21,316 bases of DNA from a virus (lineage: Duplodnaviria > Heunggongvirae > Uroviricota > Caudoviricetes). The notes under the pieces are model-generated. The model was not told the origin of the DNA, ran no database searches, and was given only the letters and a program-made list of their open reading frames with translations. Numbering within the stretch: the first letter of the stretch is position 1; each line of letters starts with the position of its first letter. The stretch lies in IMG/VR virus record IMGVR_UViG_3300045988_115137. The stretch is one strand, 5' to 3'. Position numbers and translations under genes: made by a program. Below are positions 1 through 7,324 of the stretch, piece after piece.

Positions 1-96
1 ACTGACTTGGTAGCCCCCGCCGCAGCGGTATTTTCTGTTGTATTACAATTAGTTAAATTACTCATATCGCTTCAATTGGCTCTAGTTAACTCTGGT

Positions 97-1092
97 TTAT
101 GGACGCATTATGGACATTCCTGACACCGGGTTAAGAGTCACAGCATCTTGTAAGAAATCCGGTGCAAAGTGTGCGTAGGTCATAGTTTGCTGAATGTTAG
201 AATGACCCAGGATGCGCTGCAATGTGATTATGTTACCTCCATTCATTATAAAATGTGTGGCAAATGTATGCCTCAAAACATGCACTGCCTGTCCGTCAGG
301 TAAATCGGGTTTTACTTCCCTGAGAGCGTTGCGCACTTTGTAGTAACTGGCATTAAAAAGCCTGCCAGAATTTTTGGTTTTGATCCGTTTAATCAAGTCC
401 TGCGAAACGGGAATTGTCCTGCGCTTTCCGTTTTTAGTTTTCATAAACGTAACCATCTGGTTAATGATGTGTTCAGCTTTTAAATTAGACACTTCACTCC
501 AGCGTCCACCAGTAGAAAGGCAGACTAGAGTTGCATTTAATTCATCACCATCGAGCATGGATAACAGCCGCGTAATCTCTTCACTGGACAAAAAAGCCAT
601 TTCCGTAACAGCTTCACGTAACCGCTTAACCTCACGGAACGGGTTATGAGAGTGGTATTCACCGGCGTCAATTAATTTGGTGAACATTCCACTCATTATT
701 GCCAGATGCCGATTTACGCTGGCTGGTTTTAGGCCATCGTTCATCATTACAACGCGATAATCAGTTATCGTTTTCTTTGTTAGCTGGTCAGCTCTGGACA
801 CTCCCATTTCTGCAAATTTGGCGATTATTGTCGTTAAACGCCCCCGTTCAATATCCCCCCGCTCATGCGATTTTCCGTGATATATCCACCATCGGCCTAA
901 CAACTCGGTAAGAGTTCGGCGATCGGCTGGTTTCTCTATCCACTCTTTGTTGTGGTAGTTAACCAAGACATGACGCTCGAATGCCTGAGCTTCACCTTTA
1001 GTTTTAAATTTCCGCCTGATACGTTTCCCATCTGCACCCTGCGGCCTGACGTCCACTTCATAACGACCATCATCGAGCTTTTTAATAGACAT
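97..1092 (-). CDS. int: Tyrosine recombinase / phage integrase (P2 Int-like)
   Basis: 331-aa ORF (coordinates include stop). The C-terminal translation shows tyrosine-recombinase catalytic signatures (HVLRHTFATHF and GHSNIQQTMTYAHF). The minus-strand ATG at 1090-1092 is preceded by a GGAGGG Shine-Dalgarno. It sits at the prophage edge, divergent from the early operon, as in P2. Confidence 0.9.
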   Translation of the reverse strand: MSIKKLDDGRYEVDVRPQGADGKRIRRKFKTKGEAQAFERHVLVNYHNKEWIEKPADRRTLTELLGRWWIYHGKSHERGDIERGRLTTIIAKFAEMGVSRADQLTKKTITDYRVVMMNDGLKPASVNRHLAIMSGMFTKLIDAGEYHSHNPFREVKRLREAVTEMAFLSSEEITRLLSMLDGDELNATLVCLSTGGRWSEVSNLKAEHIINQMVTFMKTKNGKRRTIPVSQDLIKRIKTKNSGRLFNASYYKVRNALREVKPDLPDGQAVHVLRHTFATHFIMNGGNIITLQRILGHSNIQQTMTYAHFAPDFLQDAVTLNPVSGMSIMRP

Positions 1093-1185
1093 AAAGCCCT
1101 CCGATGATGCTGCTTACCTCTACTGCTTGAAAATTAATGCAATTTTCTTTCGCACATTTACTACACACATAAGCTGAATAAATCG

Positions 1186-1485
1186 TCAGCCAATCTTTTG
1201 ATCTGAGTGGTGCAAGGTTGTTGAGTCTTGCCCAATGTGTGCGAGAGCTGGGGCTATTTGACCAGCTGCGGGATCAGTTTCATCAAACATGAACCAGTCA
1301 CGGTATTTACGGAATCTTGGATGTTTTAGAAGCCGCACCACTGCATCATGTGAAATAGATGATTTCCCATTTTCGTACCCTACATACGTAACGTAATTAA
1401 TACCTGTCATTTCAGCTACTTCCTTCTTCTTGAGCCGTTCAGACTCACGGATAAGTTTTAGCTTTTCACGAATCTCAATTGACAT
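1186..1485 (-). CDS. C: Immunity repressor (P2 C-like)
   Basis: 99-aa ORF, the length I recall for P2 repressor C. The C-terminal segment (GQIAPALAH...HSDQK) resembles my recollection of P2 C. It lies between int and the divergent early operon. Confidence 0.75.
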   Translation of the reverse strand: MSIEIREKLKLIRESERLKKKEVAEMTGINYVTYVGYENGKSSISHDAVVRLLKHPRFRKYRDWFMFDETDPAAGQIAPALAHIGQDSTTLHHSDQKIG

Positions 1486-1589
1486 AATGAATCAGATCTC
1501 TTATTTTTAATCCGTTGTGATATTCCACATCTAACTCTAGTCAACTCCAACTAGCTTTAGTTAGTGGGGCCAATTAGGAGAATAGCAAA
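1486..1589. promoter_or_regulatory. Divergent lysogenic/lytic switch region (putative Pc/Pe promoters and operators)
   Basis: 104-bp AT-rich interval between the divergent starts of C (1485, minus) and the cox-like gene (1590, plus). It contains reiterated AACTC / CTAG elements at about one helical turn spacing (1533-1560) and an AGGAG SD at 1576-1580. Exact -35/-10 and operator positions were not resolved. Confidence 0.4.
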
Positions 1590-1946
1590 ATGAATGTCGG
1601 ATCTGAAATTTCTGACGAGACAAGACAAGAACTCTCCGTTCTCACAAAAGCAAAGCGTGATTCCGTTAAATTGGCGGCGGCACCATCAGATTTGCTGTCG
1701 AAAGAAGGTTTTGCACTGTACATCGGCAAGACACCACGAGCGGTGGCTGAAATGGCGAAAGCAGGAAAGCTGCCAGCCTTTTACATGACAGACCCATTAA
1801 AGCCGGGAGGTCATGCTGAGTTATGGATTAATCGTCGTGAGTGGGACAAGTATGCAGCACAGCTAGTCGATGAAGCTCCATCAGAATGGCACGACTGGAA
1901 AAATCGCATTAGTTATAGCAAATCAAGACATGGCCGTGCGGCTTAA
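1590..1946 (+). CDS. Cox/Apl-like excisionase-transcriptional regulator (putative)
   Basis: 118-aa ORF, first gene of the rightward early operon directly opposite C, with AGGAG 10 nt upstream of the ATG. The position matches P2 cox, but the protein is longer than the 91 aa I recall for P2 Cox, so the assignment is by synteny only. Confidence 0.55.
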   Translation: MNVGSEISDETRQELSVLTKAKRDSVKLAAAPSDLLSKEGFALYIGKTPRAVAEMAKAGKLPAFYMTDPLKPGGHAELWINRREWDKYAAQLVDEAPSEWHDWKNRISYSKSRHGRAA

Positions 1947-1956
1947 GGTGGAAAGG

Positions 1957-2127
1957 ATGAAGGAGCCGCGTTGTATTGCTCAGTTATTGCGTAACGAAAG
2001 CCCCAGGGCGATTGACTTCACCATCACCCACGGTAAGGGGCGTAAGGGAATCATTATCCGTACCAAAAAACAGAGTCCGTTAAAAAAGGCTCTGACCTTT
2101 CTGAAAAGCCGGAGGGTCTGGAAATGA
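1957..2127 (+). CDS. Small basic hypothetical protein (orf78-position early gene)
   Basis: 56-codon ORF from ATG 1957 (track lists a longer 1870 start inside cox). It is preceded by AAGGTGGAAAGG, and its TGA overlaps the ATG of the next gene (ATGA at 2124-2127), suggesting translational coupling. Confidence 0.4.
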   Translation: MKEPRCIAQLLRNESPRAIDFTITHGKGRKGIIIRTKKQSPLKKALTFLKSRRVWK

Positions 2128-2624
2128 CAGTGATGACACTTAATCTCGTCGAAAAACAGCCAGCAGCTATGCGCCGGATAATTGGTAAGCATCTGGCCGT
2201 CCCTCGCTGGCAGGAGACATGTGATTATTATAATCAGATGATGGAACGTGAACGGCTAACGGTTTGCTTCCATGCGCAGTTAAAACAACGTCACGCAACG
2301 ATGCGTTTCGAAGAAATGAACGATGTCGAACGTGAACGGCTGGTTTGTGCAATTGATGAATTGCGTGGGGCATTCTCAAAACGCCGTCAGGTCGGTGCAA
2401 GTGAGTATGCATATATTAGTTTTTTAACAGTCAGTCAGCGGCGTACTTTATTTATGCATGCCGGATTGACAGAAAAAGAATTCAACCAGCCATACTGGCG
2501 AATTAATGAAGAATCATGTTACTGGCGTGATGCTTTATTCCGTGCATTACGTGAATTATTCAGTCTGTTTGAGTATGCACCGACAATTCTGACGTCGGTA
2601 AAACCAGAGCAATATCTGCATTAA
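2124..2624 (+). CDS. B: P2 B-like replication protein (putative helicase-loader)
   Basis: 166-aa ORF, the length I recall for P2 B, at the syntenic position between cox and A. GGAGGG SD upstream. Assigned by synteny and size only. Confidence 0.5.
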   Translation: MTVMTLNLVEKQPAAMRRIIGKHLAVPRWQETCDYYNQMMERERLTVCFHAQLKQRHATMRFEEMNDVERERLVCAIDELRGAFSKRRQVGASEYAYISFLTVSQRRTLFMHAGLTEKEFNQPYWRINEESCYWRDALFRALRELFSLFEYAPTILTSVKPEQYLH

Positions 2625-2687
2625 GTAATTAACCAGAGTTTTTAACGCACTTAATCGTGCGGGGCTTCTTTTTGCCTGGAGAAAGTT

Positions 2688-2912
2688 ATGCATACAGTTT
2701 CTGAAAATCAGTGCGGTAAATACGCATTACTGCTGCAACAGGCCAGAACCGAAGCACAGGCCGACGCTGCGACGCGCTTTTCTTCTCATCTTGATGCCAT
2801 GATTCGCCACATCACAAAGGCGGAGTTATCCCGCGTGGAGATAGTCGAGCTGCTCAGTCAGGAGTCGGAAAAATTTCACAATATCGGATTGTCTCGCGGG
2901 GAGGTGCTTTGA
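2688..2912 (+). CDS. Hypothetical early protein (orf80 position)
   Basis: 74-aa ORF with GGAGAAAG SD 4 nt before ATG 2688; its stop overlaps the next start (TGATG). Confidence 0.5.
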   Translation: MHTVSENQCGKYALLLQQARTEAQADAATRFSSHLDAMIRHITKAELSRVEIVELLSQESEKFHNIGLSRGEVL

Positions 2913-3214
2913 TGTCCTGTTCTCGTTCAGTTGTATTACTGAATAACGCCTTAAAAATCGCCGTTATGAAAAATGGCGATTTGTCTCTTATTCAACTTGG
3001 TCTTGATAAAGAAAAACGCGAAATAACTGAGTCTGTTATCGCGATTTATCAGAACGAATTAAACCTCCTGTCTGATGTGGTCAATTTACTTGTTAAACGC
3101 GCTGTGTTTCACAAGCAAATTTCCTCCGTGGATGAACTGACGAAATTAACGACAGAAATCGCCAGCTATTGCGCTGATGAATTTAAAAAACTGAACGACA
3201 AAAGGAACTGGTAA
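2912..3214 (+). CDS. Hypothetical early protein (orf81 position)
   Basis: 100 aa from ATG 2912 (track start 2909 is a TTG). GGGAGG SD upstream; stop/start overlap (TAATG) with the next gene. Confidence 0.5.
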   Translation: MSCSRSVVLLNNALKIAVMKNGDLSLIQLGLDKEKREITESVIAIYQNELNLLSDVVNLLVKRAVFHKQISSVDELTKLTTEIASYCADEFKKLNDKRNW

Positions 3215-3438
3215 TGCCGGACAACGTAGATTTTATTCAGGAACAACAGGCTGAATTACTGGAGCGCCAGATTAACGCGGCAAGGGTAAAACATTGCGGT
3301 GCTTCTGCGCTGGTTTGCGAAGAGTGTGACGCGCCAATACCTGCTGCCCGTCGTGCGGCTTACCCGTCAGCCACGCGTTGTGTTTCCTGTCAGTCAGTCT
3401 TTGAAGCAAAAAACAAACATTACCGGAGAACGGCATGA
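3214..3438 (+). CDS. TraR/DksA-family C4 zinc-finger protein
   Basis: 74-aa ORF with two CxxC pairs (VCEEC ... RCVSC) in the arrangement typical of phage TraR/DksA-like zinc-binding proteins. Syntenic with P2 orf82. Coupled to neighbours by overlapping stop/start codons. Confidence 0.7.
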   Translation: MPDNVDFIQEQQAELLERQINAARVKHCGASALVCEECDAPIPAARRAAYPSATRCVSCQSVFEAKNKHYRRTA

Positions 3439-3710
3439 GTATTCGTATTGAAATTGGCGAACGTTATGTCGTTACCAGTGACAGCTTTCAGTTTATTCTC
3501 CACGAGAAAAAGAGAGCGGAAAGCGGTAAAAACGCCGGTCAGGAATGGCTGGCGGTGGTTGGTTATTACCCGAAATTAAGCCAGCTCGTTTCCGGCCTGA
3601 TGCATCACGATATTCTGACCGGAAGCGCAAAGTCTTTTGCTGATTTAAACGCGCAGGTTGAGCAACTCAGCAAGCGTTGTTCAGAGGCTTTTGGCTCATA
3701 TGGCCGTTAA
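3435..3710 (+). CDS. Hypothetical early protein (orf83 position)
   Basis: 91-aa ORF; ATG 3435 overlaps the upstream stop (ATGA); its 3' end overlaps the start of A by 11 nt. Confidence 0.5.
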   Translation: MSIRIEIGERYVVTSDSFQFILHEKKRAESGKNAGQEWLAVVGYYPKLSQLVSGLMHHDILTGSAKSFADLNAQVEQLSKRCSEAFGSYGR

Positions 3711-5979
3711 AGCCTCCGGGCGTTTTGTCCCTCCGTCAGCATTTGCCGCAGGCACCGGTGAGACGTTTACCGGTGCTTATGCATGGAACGCGCCACGCGA
3801 GGCCGTCGGGCGCGAAAGACCCCTTACACGTGACGAGATGCGTCAGGTGCAAGGTGTTTTATCCACGATTAATCGCCTGCCTTACTTTTTGCGCTCGCTG
3901 TTTACTTCACGCTATGACTACATCCGGCGCAATAAAAGCCCGGTGCACGGGTTTTATTTCCTCACATCCACTTTTCAGCGTCGTTTATGGCCGCGCATTG
4001 AGCGCGTTAATCAGCGCCATGAAATGAACACCGACGCGTCGTTGCTGTTTCTGTCAGAGCGTGACCACTATGCGCGCCTGCCTGGAATGAATGACAAGGA
4101 GCTGAAAAAGTTTGCCGCCCGTATCTCATCGCAGCTTTTCATAATGTATGAGGAACTCTGCGATGCCTGGGTGGATGCGCATGGCGAGAAAGAATCGCTG
4201 TTTACGGATGAGGCGCAGGCTCACCTGTATGGTCATGTTGCTGGCGCTGCACGTGCTTTCAATATTTCCCCGCTCTACTGGAAAAAATACCGTAAAGGGC
4301 AGATGACCACGAGGCAGGCATATTCTGCCATTGCCCGTCTGTTTAACGATGAATGGTGGACTCATCAGCTTAAAGGCCAGCGTATGCGCTGGCATGAGGC
4401 GTTACTGATTGCTGTCGGGGAGGTCAATAAAGACCGTTCTCCTTATGCCAGTAAACATGCCATTCGTGATGTGCGTGCGCGCCGCCAGGCAAATCTGGAA
4501 TTTCTTAAATCGTGTGACCTTGAAAACAGGGAAACCGGCGAGCGCATCGACCTTATCAGTAAGGTGATGGGCAGTATTTCTAATCCAGAAATTCGCCGGA
4601 TGGAGCTGATGAACACCATCGCCGGTATTGAGCGTTACGCCGCCGCAGAGGGTGATGTGGGGATGTTTATCACGCTGACCGCGCCGTCAAAGTATCACCC
4701 GACACGTCAGGTCGGAAAAGGCGAAAGTAAAACCGTGCAGCTTAATCACGGCTGGAACGATGAGGCATTTAATCCAAAGGATGCGCAGCGTTATCTCTGC
4801 CGTATCTGGAGCCTGATGCGCACGGCATTCAAGGATAATGATTTACAGGTCTACGGTTTGCGTGTCGTCGAGCCACACCACGACGGAACGCCGCACTGGC
4901 ATATGATGCTTTTTTGTAATTCACGCCAGCGTAACCAGATTATCGAAATCATGCGTCGCTATGCGCTCAAAGAGGATGGCGACGAAAGAGGAGCCGCGCG
5001 AAACCGTTTTCAGGCAAAACACCTTAACCGGGGCGGTGCTGCGGGATATATCGCGAAATACATTTCAAAAAACATCGACGGCTATGCACTGGATGGTCAG
5101 CTCGATAACGACACCGGCAGGCCGCTGAAAGACACTGCAGCGGCTGTTACCGCATGGGCGTCAACGTGGCGCATCCCGCAATTTAAAACGGTTGGCCTGC
5201 CGACAATGGGGGCTTACCGTGAACTACGCAAATTGCCGCGCGGCGTCAGCATTGCTGATGAGTTTGACGAGCGCGTCGAGGCTGCACGCGCCGCCGCAGA
5301 CAGTGGTGATTTTGCGTTGTATATCAGCGCGCAGGGTGGGGCAAATGTCCCGCGCGATTGTCAGACTGTCAGAGTCGCCCGTAGCCCGTCGGATGAAGTT
5401 AACGAGTACGAGGAAGAAGTCGAGAGAGTGGTCGGCATTTACGCGCCGCATCTCGGCGCGCGTCATATTCATATCACCAGAACGACGGACTGGCGCATTG
5501 TGCCGAAAGTTCCGGTCGTTGAGCCTTTGACTTTAAAAAGCGGCATCGCCGCGCCTCGGAGTCCTGTCAATAACTGTGGAAAGCTCACCGGTGGTGATAC
5601 TTCGTTACCGGCTCCCACACCTTCTGAGCACGCCGCAGCAGTGCTTAATCTGGTAGATGACGGTGTTATCGAATGGAATGACCCGGAGGTCGTGAGGGCG
5701 CTCAGAGGTGCATTAAAACACGGCCTGAGAAGACCAAACCGTCAGCAAAGAAACGGAAGCCCGTTAAAACCGCATGAAATAGCGCCATCGGCCAGACTGA
5801 CCCGGTCTGAACGATTGCAAATCACCCGTATCCGCGTTGACCTTGCTCAGAACGGTATCAGGCCGCAGCGATGGGAGCTTGAGGCGCTGGCGCGTGGCGC
5901 GACCGTAAATTATGACGGGAAAAAATTCACGTATCCGGTCGCTGATGAGTGGTCGGGATTCTGGCATCAATTTGAGTAA
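3700..5979 (+). CDS. A: Rolling-circle replication initiator endonuclease (P2 gpA-like)
   Basis: 759 aa from ATG 3700 (MAVKASGRF...); the track start at 3658 is a TTG codon. An HUH-type motif (PHWHMMLF) and a paired-tyrosine motif (GYIAKYISK, Y-x3-Y) are visible. Size is close to the ~761 aa I recall for P2 A. Confidence 0.9.
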   Translation: MAVKASGRFVPPSAFAAGTGETFTGAYAWNAPREAVGRERPLTRDEMRQVQGVLSTINRLPYFLRSLFTSRYDYIRRNKSPVHGFYFLTSTFQRRLWPRIERVNQRHEMNTDASLLFLSERDHYARLPGMNDKELKKFAARISSQLFIMYEELCDAWVDAHGEKESLFTDEAQAHLYGHVAGAARAFNISPLYWKKYRKGQMTTRQAYSAIARLFNDEWWTHQLKGQRMRWHEALLIAVGEVNKDRSPYASKHAIRDVRARRQANLEFLKSCDLENRETGERIDLISKVMGSISNPEIRRMELMNTIAGIERYAAAEGDVGMFITLTAPSKYHPTRQVGKGESKTVQLNHGWNDEAFNPKDAQRYLCRIWSLMRTAFKDNDLQVYGLRVVEPHHDGTPHWHMMLFCNSRQRNQIIEIMRRYALKEDGDERGAARNRFQAKHLNRGGAAGYIAKYISKNIDGYALDGQLDNDTGRPLKDTAAAVTAWASTWRIPQFKTVGLPTMGAYRELRKLPRGVSIADEFDERVEAARAAADSGDFALYISAQGGANVPRDCQTVRVARSPSDEVNEYEEEVERVVGIYAPHLGARHIHITRTTDWRIVPKVPVVEPLTLKSGIAAPRSPVNNCGKLTGGDTSLPAPTPSEHAAAVLNLVDDGVIEWNDPEVVRALRGALKHGLRRPNRQQRNGSPLKPHEIAPSARLTRSERLQITRIRVDLAQNGIRPQRWELEALARGATVNYDGKKFTYPVADEWSGFWHQFE

Positions 5980-6068
5980 GGATCTCATCTATACAGTATA
6001 AGTAGTTTTGACTGTAATTGATTGTTTTTTATATGGTTGCATGCATTAAATCTACGTCAATATCATTA

Positions 6069-6077
6069 TGTTATAAT
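6069..6077 (+). promoter_or_regulatory. Extended -10 promoter element (TGtTATAAT) for the plus-strand cargo operon
   Basis: Exact TGnTATAAT match at 6069-6077, about 29 nt upstream of the first cargo ATG (6106), in an AT-rich leader. The -35 is weak. The palindrome TTGCATGCA (6037-6045) lies where a -35 or operator would be. Confidence 0.4.
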
Positions 6078-6105
6078 GCATTACTTAAAAATGTTGGAGA
6101 TAAAA

Positions 6106-6297
6106 ATGTTAAAGCCTGCAGATGTTAATTGTTTGAAAAGCGGTGGATTTAAAATGACTGTATCTGACTCTACTGAAACTCATGCTAAATGTATTTGGCA
6201 TGATAAAGAAGGAGTTTTGCACGAGGAGTCATTCTCCATTGATTTACTGGAAATAGCAGAGAGTAAAAGTGGTATGCTTTGTCGTCCACGTAAGTGA
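6106..6297 (+). CDS. Small hypothetical protein, first gene of the cargo operon
   Basis: ~63 codons from ATG 6106, with GGAG at 6096-6099. The track's 91-aa version starts at a TTG at 6022. Alternative in-frame ATGs exist at 6091 and 6154, so the start is uncertain. AT-rich; ends 27 nt before the 226-aa gene. Confidence 0.35.
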   Translation: MLKPADVNCLKSGGFKMTVSDSTETHAKCIWHDKEGVLHEESFSIDLLEIAESKSGMLCRPRK

Positions 6298-6324
6298 ATC
6301 ATAATAAAATTCACGGGGGAAAGT

Positions 6325-7005
6325 ATGAAACAATACAGCGAATTAGAAAACAATGTTAAGAGATTCATTGTTGAGCATGAAAAAGGGATTTCTATTGATG
6401 ATATTCATCATAAGTTCCGGATGAAGGATGGTCAGAATCGCAAGATGGCAGATTATCTTATTGATAATAAAAAGATAATTTTGGAGATGAAAAGTCTTTT
6501 TTCTGACAGGGTCAAGAATGTCAATGATAAACTGAATGAGTTGGTTAAAACTGATAGTTGGCTTGCAAAAAACTGGCATGGTGCTATTCATTTAGAAGAG
6601 TTGATAAAAAGACACCCAGACTCAAAGCGATTTAGAAATGATATAATGAACTTTGCTTATGAAAATATTAAAACAAAGATAGTTAAGGAAGCTAATAAGC
6701 AAATAAATGCAACAAAGGATGTTTTGGATTTAAATGACTCGATTGGCGGGTTGATTTTGTTAAATGATAATGTCTTTTCACATGAGTCTAATTATTTGTC
6801 AGATGAAATATTATATTTGCTAGGCACAAAGAGATATTCGAGTGTTGAGTTTGTGGTTTATATTGCAAAATTGATTGATAAACAGGTTGATGTTTGTGTG
6901 CTACTTGACAGTCAATCTAAAAATAAAAATTATATTGAATGGTATATGAATAATGTTTTTTTATTGAACTGGGCGTCTTTTAATAAATATGCAATAAAGA
7001 TGTAG
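6325..7005 (+). CDS. Hypothetical protein, candidate anti-phage defense component (226 aa, no recognisable domain)
   Basis: Clean ORF with a strong SD (GGGGGAAAG) 6 nt before ATG 6325. Lys/Asn/Ile-rich composition; about 30% GC by hand count of 6301-6360. Sits at the A-cos variable locus in the tin-like position and orientation. No Walker A, HNH, reverse-transcriptase or zinc-finger motif seen. Confidence 0.6.
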   Translation: MKQYSELENNVKRFIVEHEKGISIDDIHHKFRMKDGQNRKMADYLIDNKKIILEMKSLFSDRVKNVNDKLNELVKTDSWLAKNWHGAIHLEELIKRHPDSKRFRNDIMNFAYENIKTKIVKEANKQINATKDVLDLNDSIGGLILLNDNVFSHESNYLSDEILYLLGTKRYSSVEFVVYIAKLIDKQVDVCVLLDSQSKNKNYIEWYMNNVFLLNWASFNKYAIKM

Positions 7006-7324
7006 TGGTGTGGATGGATATGAAATGAGTCAACCAAGATGCACCTTGGTCAGTAATCTCATGTGAGATACCACATATAACACCAAAAGTGTCAGGTTGA
7101 TGGCCATTGTTCACCGTTTACAGCAGATTATGGTCAACGAAAATCTGACGCCTGACGAGCTGGTCGGGTGTGCCGAAATAGTCTGGGATAATTACGGGCG
7201 GTTTAACTATATCGGTCAGTCCAGAGTTGCGCCACCACCACGCAGACGATAGAGAACGCCGCCAGTCGTGAAACTTGTTTTCAGGCTGGCGGGGTTGAAC
7301 AACGAGCGAAGTGAGGCGTTAGCA

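Noticed and set aside
1-96. tRNA gene or tRNA 3' end as integration target at the left edge
   Set aside because: No tRNA-like acceptor or T-arm sequence is recognisable in these 96 nt; the target may lie beyond the window.
2625-2687. Short hairpin (CGCAC-TTAAT-GTGCG at about 2646-2661) after B as a terminator
   Set aside because: The stem is only 5 bp and the downstream early genes appear co-transcribed and translationally coupled; at most a weak attenuator.
6343-6591. 82-aa minus-strand ORF and 62-aa ORF (6180-6368) inside the cargo operon
   Set aside because: They overlap the better-supported plus-strand cargo genes; in AT-rich DNA random long frames are less expected, but neither has a convincing SD. 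Kept as unlikely rather than impossible.
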